Assembly (NCBI GenBank): GCA_035278845.1
Contig: DATEIQ010000079.1
Span: forward strand, 1 to 60,383
Direction: 5' to 3'
Source: Casimicrobiaceae bacterium
GTDB lineage: Bacteria > Pseudomonadota > Gammaproteobacteria > Burkholderiales > Casimicrobiaceae
Length of the DNA: 60,383 nucleotides
Shown piece by piece: positions 11,589 through 23,646 of this stretch. Positions within the stretch are counted from its first letter, which is position 1. Every line of letters begins with the position of its first letter. A model generated the notes under the pieces. That model searched no databases. It had not been told where the DNA came from and saw nothing but the letters and a program-made list of their open reading frames with translations. The position numbers and the translations under genes were made by a program.

Positions 11589-11770
11589 CGGGCGGCACTC
11601 CACGGTTTATGCGTTGTCACAGTATCACCCGATTGCCGGGAGGGTCAACGCGCGCCAGCGGGTCGAGCCCTCCGCGGATCGGAACGAGCCAATGCGGCGT
11701 GTCTGAACCCCCCCGAGTCGGGGATCGGCGACGCCGGCTTGCCATCCCTTTTTTGCAAACGGAGAACGGC

Positions 11771-12535
11771 ATGAACGACATGATGAGCCGGTTATCCCCC
11801 GGAGCGACGACGTTTATCCGCATGGATCACACGCACGCGCTCGCGGCGTTCCATCGCTATCGCATCGACGCCAGGCCGGAGAAGAAGCAGGCGGTAGCCG
11901 ATACGCTGTGCCTTGCGCTCGAGATCCACGCCCGCCTGGAGGAGGAGATCTTCTACCCGGCGATGCGCAGCTTCGCCCCCGATCTCGTCGACAAGAGCAT
12001 TCCCGAGCACAACGAAATGCGGCGGCTGATCGCGCAGCTCCGCCAGACGCGCCCGCAGGACCAGGCGTTCGACACGACGCTCATGGAGCTGATGCGCGAC
12101 GTGATGCGCCACGTGGCCGACGAGGAAACGATGCTGCTGCCGGATGCGGAACGCGTCCTCGGTGAAAACCGTCTCGCGGAGCTCGGCGCGCAAATGATGC
12201 GCCGCCGTTTCGAGCTCGCGGCGCCGCATGCAGGTGAAATCGCGATCGGCACCGTGCGTACGTTTCCCGGCGCAACGCTCGCCGTTTCAGGCCTGGTCGT
12301 GCTCGGCGCATTTCTCGTCGGCCGGGCATTGACGCGCCCGTCTGCGCGACCCGCGCTGGCAGTACCCAAGGGCCTGCGTGATGCAATGCCGGCGCGCGCG
12401 CTGCGCGACGCGATACCCACAAGCGCTCTGCGCGATGCCATCCGCTCGCACGCTCTGCGCGACGCGATGCGGCCCAAGCAGTTGCGCGCCACATCCCGCT
12501 CGCTGGCGGACCGCCTGCGCCACGCCTGGGCATGA
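11771..12535 (+). CDS. Hemerythrin/HHE-domain protein with C-terminal TM segment and 9-aa repeats
   Basis: DH..., IHARLEEEIFYPA, EHNEM, HVADEE; GGAG RBS. Confidence 0.85.
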   Translation: MNDMMSRLSPGATTFIRMDHTHALAAFHRYRIDARPEKKQAVADTLCLALEIHARLEEEIFYPAMRSFAPDLVDKSIPEHNEMRRLIAQLRQTRPQDQAFDTTLMELMRDVMRHVADEETMLLPDAERVLGENRLAELGAQMMRRRFELAAPHAGEIAIGTVRTFPGATLAVSGLVVLGAFLVGRALTRPSARPALAVPKGLRDAMPARALRDAIPTSALRDAIRSHALRDAMRPKQLRATSRSLADRLRHAWA

Positions 12536-12582
12536 ACGCGTAGAGGCACACCTTCAATCCGGCGCGGCGGCCCCGGCTCGAA

Positions 12583-13383
12583 TCAGCCGGCGATGCCGCG
12601 CCGTGCGTTGATGCGACGCTCCAGCACGCGCAGCAGCGCATCGATCGCGAAACCGACGAGGCCGATCGCGATCATGCCGCTCATCACGATCGACGTGCTG
12701 ATGTTGGCCTGTCCCTTGACGAGCAGATAGCCGATGCCGCTCGACGCGACGATCAGCTCCGCACCCACCAGCGACTGCCAGCCGAGACCGGCGCTAATGC
12801 GCAGGCCTGCAACGATCGATGGAATCGACGCCGGGAGCAGCACTTCGGTGATCATGCGAAAGTGGCTCGCGCCGAGCGTCTGCGCGGCTTCGACGAAGCG
12901 AGGCTCGACGAACTTCGCACCGCGGTAGGCATTGATCACGCATGGCGGAAACGCGCCGCTGAAGATGATCAGCACGGGCCCGCCGATGCCCGTACCGAAC
13001 CACAGGGCCGCGAACGGCACCCACGCGATCGGCGCGACGAAGCGCAGTGCGTCGAACAGCGGCGTGACGACGGCGTCGAGCCAGCGGAACCACCCCATCA
13101 GCAACCCCAGCGGCACGCCGATCAGCACGGCAAGCCCGAAGCCCGCGGCGAAGCGGCCGAAGCTCGACGCGAGGTGCTGCTGCAACGTGTAGCCGACGAA
13201 GGGCGACTGCGTCAACGAGGCGAATTTCTCGATGACTTCGGGCGGCGTGGGCAGGAATTGCCGCTGCACGAGACCGCTGGCCGCAATCAGCCACCAGATC
13301 GCGAAGAACGCGACGAAACCCGCGACCGACAGCACGAGCCAGCGGCGAAGCGGCAAGGCGTCCGACGTTGCGGCCGAGCTCAC
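12583..13383 (-). CDS. NitT/TauT-family ABC permease
   Basis: EAAQTLGA (EAA loop), WQSLVGAELI. Confidence 0.92.
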   Translation of the reverse strand: MSSAATSDALPLRRWLVLSVAGFVAFFAIWWLIAASGLVQRQFLPTPPEVIEKFASLTQSPFVGYTLQQHLASSFGRFAAGFGLAVLIGVPLGLLMGWFRWLDAVVTPLFDALRFVAPIAWVPFAALWFGTGIGGPVLIIFSGAFPPCVINAYRGAKFVEPRFVEAAQTLGASHFRMITEVLLPASIPSIVAGLRISAGLGWQSLVGAELIVASSGIGYLLVKGQANISTSIVMSGMIAIGLVGFAIDALLRVLERRINARRGIAG

Positions 13384-13393
13384 TTGCGCGTCC

Positions 13394-14173
13394 TCATCGC
13401 GCGCGCCACGGCATCGCCCGCCGCTCGACCGCGCCGAGCAGCGCCGTCATTGCTGCGCCGGTCACCGCGACCGCCGCCATGCCGACGACGATCATCGCGG
13501 GGAAGATATCGAGCGATGCCTGGTAGAGCACGTGGCCCAAGCCCGCGATGGCGCCGATCAGTTCGCCTGCGACGAGCGTCGTCCAGCACGCCTGCAGTGA
13601 AAGCCGCAATCCGGTGAAGATCATCGGCATGGCGCCGGGAATCAGCACCTCCCGCACGAACATCGCCCGTGGCACGCCGAGGGTGCGCGCCGCCTCGATC
13701 AGGTGCGGCTCGATCGCGCGCACGCCGCTGTAGCTGTTGATGACCGCCGGCACGAACGCCGCGAACCAGATGATCAGCACCTTCGCCGCGTCACCAAGGC
13801 CGAGCCAAACGATCGCGAGCGGAATCCACGCGAGCGGCGGGATGGGGCGGATCAGCAGGAAGCTCGGATTGATGAAGGCTTCGAACGCGCGGCTCGCACC
13901 CATCGCGAGGCCGAGCGGAACGCCGACGATCGTCGCGGCGGCGAAGCCGAACAGAACGAGCTTGACGCTGTGCAGAACGTGCTGGTGCAGCCGCGCGTCG
14001 GCGTAGCCGGTGATCGTGATCTGCCGCAGCGCATCCCACGTCTCGGCGGGCGCCGGAAAGCGGCCGGGGCTGATCGTGTGCGTCAGCGTGGTGAACGTGT
14101 ACCACGCCGCCGCGAGCACGACGAACGTCAAGACGCCGACCCACGCAGGTCGGCGTACTCTCGACGCTCTCAT
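13394..14173 (-). CDS. NitT/TauT-family ABC permease
   Basis: RPIPPLAWIP, EAARTLG, WTTLVAGELI. Confidence 0.92.
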   Translation of the reverse strand: MRASRVRRPAWVGVLTFVVLAAAWYTFTTLTHTISPGRFPAPAETWDALRQITITGYADARLHQHVLHSVKLVLFGFAAATIVGVPLGLAMGASRAFEAFINPSFLLIRPIPPLAWIPLAIVWLGLGDAAKVLIIWFAAFVPAVINSYSGVRAIEPHLIEAARTLGVPRAMFVREVLIPGAMPMIFTGLRLSLQACWTTLVAGELIGAIAGLGHVLYQASLDIFPAMIVVGMAAVAVTGAAMTALLGAVERRAMPWRAR

Positions 14174-14207
14174 CGACTTCGATTAACGGCGCGCTACGCG
14201 TTCGCCG

Positions 14208-15260
14208 TCAGTTGGCGCGATTGGCGAATTCCTTGAGCTTCGGATCCGCGTCGACCATTTTCATGTACTCGTCGGTGATGAACTTGCTCGCGGCCGGCGC
14301 TTCGGGAAAAGTGCCGTTCGCCTGCATGAACGCGCCGATCTTCGTGAACCAGCCGTCGACTTCCGACGCTCCGCCCGGTGGACGCCGCATGATCTTCAAC
14401 TGTGCCGCGAGGTCGTACGTCGGCCGCGTCGAAAACTCCTTCTTCATCGACGCTTCGCTGATCGTCACGCCGCCCTGCTCGTAGAACTTCTTCATCATCG
14501 CGATGCCTTCCGCCTGATGCGCGTTCAGCCACTTCCACGCGCGCAGGTACACGGCGAGGAACTTCGCGACGTTCTGCGGGTTTTCCTTCGCATAGTCGGC
14601 GCGCGCCATCAGCGCCCCGGGCACCGCGGCGCCGGCGTCCTGTCCCGAGCAGATCTGCTTTGCGCCGGCCTTCTCTTCCATCGTGTACGTGTTCGGTGCC
14701 CACAGACCGCCGAGGTCGGCGTTGCCGCTCGACATCGCCGAAATGATTTCGGCCTGGCCCATGCTCTTGACCGTGACGTCCGACTTCTTGAGACCCCACT
14801 TCGCGAGGCATGACTGCACCGCGTAATCGCCTGTGGAGTTGGCGGTCAGCACGATCGTTTGGCCCTTGATCGAGGACGGGTTCTTGACGAAGCCGTCGGC
14901 CGTCTTCGCCGTGGCGAGCAGCGCATTCCCGTACGACTCGTCGTTGGTGATGCCGATCGTCAGCAGGTTGTAGCGGACGGCGCCGAGCGTCGCGGGCACC
15001 GATCCCGCCCCGCCGACGTCCCACGACTTCGATGCCGATGCGGCGATCTGCGGCACGCCCGCGGGAAACGTACTGAACACCGGCTTCAGCCCGAGTTCAG
15101 CGTACCAGCCCTTCTGCTCGGCGACGTAGAACGGCAGCGCCCAGTACAGCGCCGGCTGGTAGCTGATCTTGATCTCCGTGAGTTGCTGCTGCGCGAACGC
15201 AGCGGTCGTTGCGAAACCGAGCGTGATGCCCGCCGCCAGCGCGGCAATATGCCTTCTCAT
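14208..15260 (-). CDS. NitT/TauT (SsuA/TauA-like) substrate-binding protein
   Basis: Sec signal peptide (AFA-Q); PFYVAEQKGWY; operon context. Confidence 0.9.
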   Translation of the reverse strand: MRRHIAALAAGITLGFATTAAFAQQQLTEIKISYQPALYWALPFYVAEQKGWYAELGLKPVFSTFPAGVPQIAASASKSWDVGGAGSVPATLGAVRYNLLTIGITNDESYGNALLATAKTADGFVKNPSSIKGQTIVLTANSTGDYAVQSCLAKWGLKKSDVTVKSMGQAEIISAMSSGNADLGGLWAPNTYTMEEKAGAKQICSGQDAGAAVPGALMARADYAKENPQNVAKFLAVYLRAWKWLNAHQAEGIAMMKKFYEQGGVTISEASMKKEFSTRPTYDLAAQLKIMRRPPGGASEVDGWFTKIGAFMQANGTFPEAPAASKFITDEYMKMVDADPKLKEFANRAN

Positions 15261-16087
15261 GACGTGATCCCTCCGGTGGTTGAGAGCGTGGCCTTCTCAT
15301 CGGTTTGCTGCTCGCTGCGCAGCATGCGCCAGATGTGCGTGCGCAGGTGCACGAACGACTCCTGGTCCATCACTTCCTCGGTGCGGTCGAACCGATCCCA
15401 GCCTTCAGCCTTGCGCACCGGTGCGACGTCGACGATCTCGCGAATGCGACCCGGACGGCGGGTCATCACGACGACGCGATCGGCGAGATAGACGGCCTCG
15501 TCGACGGCGTGGGTGATGAACAGCACGGTGCGCGGATTCACTCGCGAAAGCTTGATCAATTCCTCCTGCATGACGATGCGCGTTTGCGCGTCGAGCGCGC
15601 CGAACGGCTCGTCCATCAGCAGCACGTCGGGGTCGAGCACGTAGCTGCGGGCGATGGCGACGCGCTGCTGCATGCCGCCCGAAAGCTGGTGCGGATACGC
15701 GGATTCGTACCCCTGCAGGCCCATCAGCTCGACCTGCTTCGCGATCCGCTCGCGCCGCGCCGCTTCGGCGAGGCCCTTGCTGCGCAGCCCGAAGTCGATG
15801 TTCTCGTGGACGGTCTTCCACGGAAACAACGCGAACTGCTGGAACACGACGGCGCGATCGGGCCCGGGTTCCCTCACCGGCTTGCCGCCGACACTGACGC
15901 GCCCCGACGTCGGAAACTCGAGGCCGGCGGCCATGCGCAGACACGTCGTCTTGCCGCAACCCGACGGCCCGACGATGGCGACGAACTCGCGGTCGCGCAC
16001 GTCGAACGCGATGCGGTCGAGCGTCAGGAAATCCTTGCCGTCGCGCTGGAACACCCGGCTCACGTCGGCGAACGCAATGTCGCTCAT
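15257..16087 (-). CDS. NitT/TauT ABC ATP-binding protein
   Basis: GPSGCGKTT, LSGGMQQR, LLMDEPFGALD. Confidence 0.95.
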   Translation of the reverse strand: MSDIAFADVSRVFQRDGKDFLTLDRIAFDVRDREFVAIVGPSGCGKTTCLRMAAGLEFPTSGRVSVGGKPVREPGPDRAVVFQQFALFPWKTVHENIDFGLRSKGLAEAARRERIAKQVELMGLQGYESAYPHQLSGGMQQRVAIARSYVLDPDVLLMDEPFGALDAQTRIVMQEELIKLSRVNPRTVLFITHAVDEAVYLADRVVVMTRRPGRIREIVDVAPVRKAEGWDRFDRTEEVMDQESFVHLRTHIWRMLRSEQQTDEKATLSTTGGITS

Positions 16088-16094
16088 CTGGGCG

Positions 16095-17074
16095 CTATGG
16101 GCGCAGGATGATCTTGGCCGCGGCACTGCGGCCTTCGTGCAGATCGCGGAACGCGGCGGCGCCGTCTGCGAGCGGCCGCTCCTCGACCCACGCGAGATCG
16201 CCGAACGCGCCGCCGGCGAGCGCTGCGACGGCAGCACGCAGATCCGTCGTCGTGTACGTGTACGTGCCGATCAGCGTGATCTCGGCGAGCGTGAGTTTGC
16301 GCATGTCGATCTCGCTCGCCCAGTCCATGAGCCCGACGTGCATCACGACGCCGCCCGGCTTGACCGCGCCCAGCGCCGTCGTGCGCGTCGCCCCGGCTCC
16401 AACGGCGTCGAGGACGAGATCGGCGCCGGACGGCTGCTCGCGCGCGGGGTCGTAGACATGCGCCTGCGTCGCGTTCGTGAGCGACGCGCGCCGCAGCGCG
16501 TTCGTCTCGCCGACGCTGATGCGACGCACGCCGTACGACTGCAGCAGCAGCGCCGCAAGCATGCCGATCGCGCCACCGCCGAGGACGAGCACATTGCATT
16601 CCGGCAACGGACGCACGAGCGCGCGTGTCGCGATCGCGATGGTATGCAGCGCCGTGGCGGCCGGCTCGGTCAGCGCCGCCGCGCGCACGCTGATGTCCTG
16701 CGGAATGTCGATAACGCTCGACGCGGCCGTCGTCATCAGCTCCGCGAATCCGCCGGCGCGCGTCATGCCGATCATCGTGCGGTGCGCGCACAGGTTGTCG
16801 CGGCCCTGCACGCAGTATTCGCAGCGTCCGCACGTGATCAGCGGGTTGACGGTGACGCGACGTCCCTCGCCCGGCCCTTCGACGACGCGTGCGGACAGCT
16901 CGTGACCGAGGATCAGCGGCGGCACGCGGCGCGGATCGTGGCCGTGGTACGCGTGCATGTCCGAGCCACAGATGCCCGCGGCATCGATGTGCAGCAGCAC
17001 CTCCTCCGTGCCGCGCGACGGCGCCGGCTCGTCGCGGTAGGTGACTTCGTGGGGGGCGGTGTAGACGAGGGCTT

Positions 17075-17078
<4 letters not shown>
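16095..17078 (-). CDS. hpsP: Zn-dependent alcohol dehydrogenase, HpsP-like (DHPS 2-dehydrogenase)
   Basis: GICGSDMH, GHE, CGRCEYC..C structural Zn, GGGAIG; lies downstream of hpsN- and hpsO-like genes. Symbol assigned by context. Confidence 0.7.
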
Positions 17079-19233
<2,155 letters not shown>

Positions 19234-19259
19234 TCAATGTGCGCCGCAGCATTGCGTCC

Positions 19260-19273
19260 CGCAAGCGCTTTCA
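19260..19273. promoter_or_regulatory. LacI-type operator 2
   Basis: CGCAAGCGCTTTCA, 12/14 identical to operator 1. Confidence 0.7.
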
Positions 19274-19329
19274 AGCATGCTACGCAGCATGATGACGCGC
19301 CGGCAGAAACCCGGGTCTCTCCACCGACG

Positions 19330-20379
19330 ATGAACCGCAGGACGAGCGCGCGGCTTGCCGACGTCGCCCGCGTCGCCGGCGTTTCGCTGTCGACGGCATC
19401 GCGCGCGCTCGCCGACCCTCGGCTCGTGCACGCCAAGACGCGCACGCGCGTCGACGATGCCGCGCGGATGCTCGGGTATGTCGCGCACGGAGCGGCGCGC
19501 GCGCTCGCTTCGCGTCGATCCCGCACGATCGGCGCCGTCGTGCCGACGCTCGACAACCCCATCTTCGCGCATTCCACGCAGGCACTCCAGCGGGCGCTCG
19601 GCGAGGCGGGCTATACGCTGCTGCTCGCGAGCCACGACTACGACGCCGGCACGGAGTTCGCCGTGACGCGCGCGCTCGTCGAGCGCGGCGTCGACGGCCT
19701 CGTGCTGGTGGGTACCGACCACTCGCCCGAGCTCTATCAGTTTCTCGCGCGGTCGGGCGTGCCGTTCGAGCTCACGTGGGCGCTCGATCCCGACGGCCAT
19801 CATCATTGTGTGGGCTTTTCGAACCGGCTCGCGTCGCTGCGGATAACGCAGCACCTGCTGTCGCTCGGGCACCGCGAGTTCGCCGTCGTCTCCGGTCATA
19901 CCGCACACAACGATCGCGCGCGCGAAAGAGTCGCGGGCGTGCGCGATGCGCTTGCCGCGCACCGTCTGCGGTTGCCGGCCCATCGCTACGTCGAGACGGC
20001 GTTCTCGATCGCCAGCGGGCGTTCGGCCCTCGGCGCGCTGCTCGACCGCGACGACGCCATCACCGCGATCGTTTGCGGCAACGACCTGCTCGCGTTCGGC
20101 GCGCTGCTCGAATGCGCCGCGCGCGGCATCGGCGTGCCCGCGCAGGTTTCGGTCGCCGGCTTCGACGACATCGATATCGCCGCGGAGGTCGCGCCGCCAC
20201 TCACGACGCTGCACATTCCAACCACCGACATCGGCCGCCGCGCAGCCGAGCGGCTGCTCGCGCGCCTCGCGGGCAAGCGCGTACCGCGCGCGGAGGAAGT
20301 ACCGGTCGAACTCGTCGTGCGCGCGAGTGTGGGCCCGGTCAGGAAAAGCGTGCGGCGGAAAAGGGGCCGATGTCCATGA
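19330..20379 (+). CDS. LacI-family transcriptional regulator (HpsR-like)
   Basis: LADVARVAGVSLSTASRAL HTH, ARALASRRSRTIG, VSVAGFDD, PPLTT. Confidence 0.92.
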   Translation: MNRRTSARLADVARVAGVSLSTASRALADPRLVHAKTRTRVDDAARMLGYVAHGAARALASRRSRTIGAVVPTLDNPIFAHSTQALQRALGEAGYTLLLASHDYDAGTEFAVTRALVERGVDGLVLVGTDHSPELYQFLARSGVPFELTWALDPDGHHHCVGFSNRLASLRITQHLLSLGHREFAVVSGHTAHNDRARERVAGVRDALAAHRLRLPAHRYVETAFSIASGRSALGALLDRDDAITAIVCGNDLLAFGALLECAARGIGVPAQVSVAGFDDIDIAAEVAPPLTTLHIPTTDIGRRAAERLLARLAGKRVPRAEEVPVELVVRASVGPVRKSVRRKRGRCP

Positions 20380-21580
20380 ACGGCGTGCGGCCTTCCACGA
20401 GGTCGGCGACGATTTCGCCGGTCGGCGCGGCCGCGGTCAGGCCGACGTGGCCGTGGCCGAACGCGAAATATGCGTTCGCCGCCCGCTGCGAGCGCCCGAT
20501 CACCGGCAGCGAATCGGGCAGCGACGGCCGATGTCCCATCCAGCGCTCGACGTTCGGAGCCGTGAGCCCGGGCAGAAGGCGCCCCGCCTTGTCGACGAGC
20601 GCATCGGCGCGCCGGTAGTCGGGCGGCGCGTCAAGACCCGCGAGCTCGACGGTACCCGCGATGCGCAGTCCTTCCTCCATCGGCGTCACGAAGTATTTGC
20701 CTTCGCCGGACGCGACCGGAATACGCGGCGCAACGGCGGGCGACGCCAGCATCGCGTGATAGCCGCGCTCCGTTTCCAGTGGAACGTCGCTGCCGAGTTG
20801 CGCGGCAAGCGGTTTGGATTGCGCACCCGCCGCGATGATCACGGCGTCGGCATCGATCGGACCGGCGTCGGTTTGCACGCGCGGCACGCAGCCGTCCGCG
20901 AATTCGAAGCCGTTCGCCGCACTTGTCACGAATTGCGCGCCTTCCGCGCGCAGCCGTGCGGCCAGCGCGCGCGACAGGCGGAGCGGGTTCGGACAATGGC
21001 CCTGCTCGGGCAGCAGCACCAGGTGTGAAAGACGCCGCGACAGCGCCGGATCGAACGCGACGATGTCCGGTCCCTGCAGCACCTCGATCGCGACGCCGTG
21101 CGCGCGGCGGATTTCGCGGCCGAGCGCGTCGTCGTCGAACGCGGCTGCGCTTTCGTACGCGAACGCGTAACCGTTCTGGACGATCAGCTCGGGAACGTCG
21201 GCGCGCGCCGCCAACGGGCGCCACTTGTCGAGCGTTACCGTGAGCAGCGCATGCAGCGCATCGGCGATTCGATTCACACGTGCCGTCGAGCTCGCACGCT
21301 GCAAACGCCATAGCCACGGCGCGATGCGCGGCCCGTAGCGCAGTGGGATGTGCAGCGGACCGCTCGGGTCGAGCAACAACGCCGGCACCTTCTTCCACAT
21401 ACCGGGAAGGCCGAGCGGCACGCACGAGGCGCGGCTGAAGCAGCCCGCGTTGCCGCGTGAGCAATATTCGCCGGGCGGTCGCGGGTCGATCAGCGTGACG
21501 TGGTGTCCGCGCTGCTGCAAATGGCTCGCGCAGCAGAGGCCGACGACGCCGGCGCCGATGACGACCGCGTGAAGCGCCAT
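20339..21580 (-). CDS. FAD-dependent oxidoreductase (DadA/D-amino acid dehydrogenase family)
   Basis: VVIGAGVVG, SRGNAG, WMGHRPSLPDSLPVIG, FGHGHVGLT. Confidence 0.9.
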   Translation of the reverse strand: MALHAVVIGAGVVGLCCASHLQQRGHHVTLIDPRPPGEYCSRGNAGCFSRASCVPLGLPGMWKKVPALLLDPSGPLHIPLRYGPRIAPWLWRLQRASSTARVNRIADALHALLTVTLDKWRPLAARADVPELIVQNGYAFAYESAAAFDDDALGREIRRAHGVAIEVLQGPDIVAFDPALSRRLSHLVLLPEQGHCPNPLRLSRALAARLRAEGAQFVTSAANGFEFADGCVPRVQTDAGPIDADAVIIAAGAQSKPLAAQLGSDVPLETERGYHAMLASPAVAPRIPVASGEGKYFVTPMEEGLRIAGTVELAGLDAPPDYRRADALVDKAGRLLPGLTAPNVERWMGHRPSLPDSLPVIGRSQRAANAYFAFGHGHVGLTAAAPTGEIVADLVEGRTPFMDIGPFSAARFS

Positions 21581-21648
21581 CAGCGAACCCCTCCGGTCGA
21601 AATGTGCGGGTGAATGGTGTCCATCGATCGACAACCGGCGGCTTGCAT

Positions 21649-23553
21649 TTATCGATAGCCCGCCGCCTGCAATTCAAAGAGCTCGGCATAGCGACCGCGC
21701 TGGCGCAGCAATTCGTCGTGCGTGCCCTCCGCCTCCACGGTGCCATCCGCGAGCACGATGATGCGGTCGGCCATGCGCACGCTCGAGAATCGATGCGAGA
21801 TCAGCACGCACGTCTTGCCGCGCGACAATTCCTTGAACCGCTCGAACACCTCGAACTCCGAGCGCGCGTCGAGCGCCGCTGTCGGTTCGTCGAGGATCAG
21901 CACCTGCGCGTCGCGCATGTACGCGCGGGCGATCGCGATCTTCTGCCACTCGCCGCCCGACAGGTCGATGCCGCCGCGAAAGACCTTGCCGATTATCTGG
22001 TCGTAGCCGTTCGGCAGCTTCTCGATCACGTCGTCGGCGAGGCTCGCGCGCGCAGCCTGCTCGATACGTGCGCGGTCGTCGCGGGCCTCGATGCGGCCGA
22101 CGGCGATGTTCTCGGCAGCGGTCATGTGGTAGCGGACGAAGTCCTGGAAGATGACGCCGGCGTTCGCGCGCAGCTCGGCAACGTCGTATTCGCGCAGGTC
22201 GTGGCCGTCGAGCAGGATGCGGCCCTCGTCGGGATCGTAAAGGCGCGCGAGCAGCTTGACGAGCGTCGTCTTGCCGGCACCGTTCTCGCCGACCAGCGCG
22301 AGCACCTCGCCGGCATGCAGTTTGAACGACAGATGCCGGACGGCCCAGCGCTCCGCGCCCGGATACCGGAAGCCGGCGTCCTCGAAAGTGAATCCTTCGC
22401 GCACCGGGTTCGGAAACGGCCGGGGATTCGGCGGCGACACGATTTCCGGCTGGATCTCGAAGAACGAGAACAGGTCGTCGAGATAGAGCGCCTGCCCGGC
22501 CACTTGCGAAAAGCCCATCAGCAGATCCTCGAGCAGGTTGCGCAGCCGGCGGAACGATCCGGCGAGAAACGTGAGATCGCCGATCGTGAACTGGCCGTGC
22601 AGCGTGCGCCACACGATGTACGCGTACGCGACGTAGTACGCCACGGTGCCGAGCGCAGTCAGCGCGCTGCCGAGGCCCGCCCGGCGCATCGCCAGCGCAC
22701 GGTTCGCGTCGTAGAAGCTCGTCGCCAGCTGCCGATATCGGTCGATCAGGAACGCGTTCAGGCCGAAGATCTTCACTTCCTTCGCCGTTTCGACGCTCGC
22801 GCCGGTGCGCCGGATGTAGTCGAGCTGCCGCCGCTCGGGCGTACGCGCGAAGTTGAGCGTGTAGCTCTGCGCGTTGAAATGCGCCTCGCCGATGAACGCG
22901 GGGACGAGCGCGATCGCCATCAGCACGATCAGCCACGGCGCGTAGATGAAGAGACCCGCGGCAAAGCTCGCGATCGTCACGACATCCTGCGCCTGGCCGA
23001 ACAGCTGGCCGAGCAGCGCCATGCGGCCGGCGGCCTGCCGCCGCGCGCGCTCCAGGCTGTCCTGCAGCTCGCTGTCCTCGAAATCCTCGAGATCGAGTTG
23101 CGCCGCGTGCTCCATCAGCTGCAGGCTGGTCGCGTTGCTGACGCGCTCCGACAATAGCGAGTCGAGCAGCGACACCGTGCGGCCGAGCGTGTCCGCGAGT
23201 ACGGCGAGCACGAATTCCAGCGCGAGCAACCAGGCGATCCGGTCGAGCAGGCCGCTCGCGAACCACGCGCGAAGATCGTCGCCGGGGTGCGGCGCCTTCA
23301 CGAGCACCACGACCTCGTCGATGATCAGCTTGCCGACGTAGAGCGTCGCGACTGGCACGAGCGCGCGCGCGAGCCGCAACACGGCCTGGGCGAGCATCAG
23401 CGGCGGGCTTACACGAAAAACGAGTCGCAGGAACGGGGGGACGTTGCGCAGGCTGTCGAAGCGATCGCGCAGGCTCCGCCGCTCGGCGTGCATGACGCGC
23501 TCCGCCGCGCTCGCCTTCGGGGTACGAGCGCCCATGGAATAGGTGCGGGGCAT
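21649..23553 (-). CDS. ABC exporter, fused TMD-NBD (start may be 23535)
   Basis: GENGAGKTT, LSGGEWQK, ILDEPTAALD, ISHRFS; N-terminal TM segments. Confidence 0.92.
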   Translation of the reverse strand: MPRTYSMGARTPKASAAERVMHAERRSLRDRFDSLRNVPPFLRLVFRVSPPLMLAQAVLRLARALVPVATLYVGKLIIDEVVVLVKAPHPGDDLRAWFASGLLDRIAWLLALEFVLAVLADTLGRTVSLLDSLLSERVSNATSLQLMEHAAQLDLEDFEDSELQDSLERARRQAAGRMALLGQLFGQAQDVVTIASFAAGLFIYAPWLIVLMAIALVPAFIGEAHFNAQSYTLNFARTPERRQLDYIRRTGASVETAKEVKIFGLNAFLIDRYRQLATSFYDANRALAMRRAGLGSALTALGTVAYYVAYAYIVWRTLHGQFTIGDLTFLAGSFRRLRNLLEDLLMGFSQVAGQALYLDDLFSFFEIQPEIVSPPNPRPFPNPVREGFTFEDAGFRYPGAERWAVRHLSFKLHAGEVLALVGENGAGKTTLVKLLARLYDPDEGRILLDGHDLREYDVAELRANAGVIFQDFVRYHMTAAENIAVGRIEARDDRARIEQAARASLADDVIEKLPNGYDQIIGKVFRGGIDLSGGEWQKIAIARAYMRDAQVLILDEPTAALDARSEFEVFERFKELSRGKTCVLISHRFSSVRMADRIIVLADGTVEAEGTHDELLRQRGRYAELFELQAAGYR

Positions 23554-23577
23554 GCGTTATTGTGCGGTACCCGGGCA

Positions 23578-23626
23578 GGGGTCAGGTATCAGGCATCGGG
23601 TATCAGGATCGGGGATCGGGATCAGG
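23578..23626. repeat. Short tandem 6-7-nt repeat GG(N)ATCR
   Basis: ggggtca ggtatca ggcatcg ggtatca ggatcg gggatcg ggatca in a divergent intergenic region. Confidence 0.7.
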
Positions 23627-23646
23627 CGCCATTAGGGCGGTCATCG

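Noticed and set aside
11681-11706. ECF-sigma-like GGAAC...TCTGA upstream of the hemerythrin gene
   Set aside because: Spacing and match are too weak to support without TSS data.
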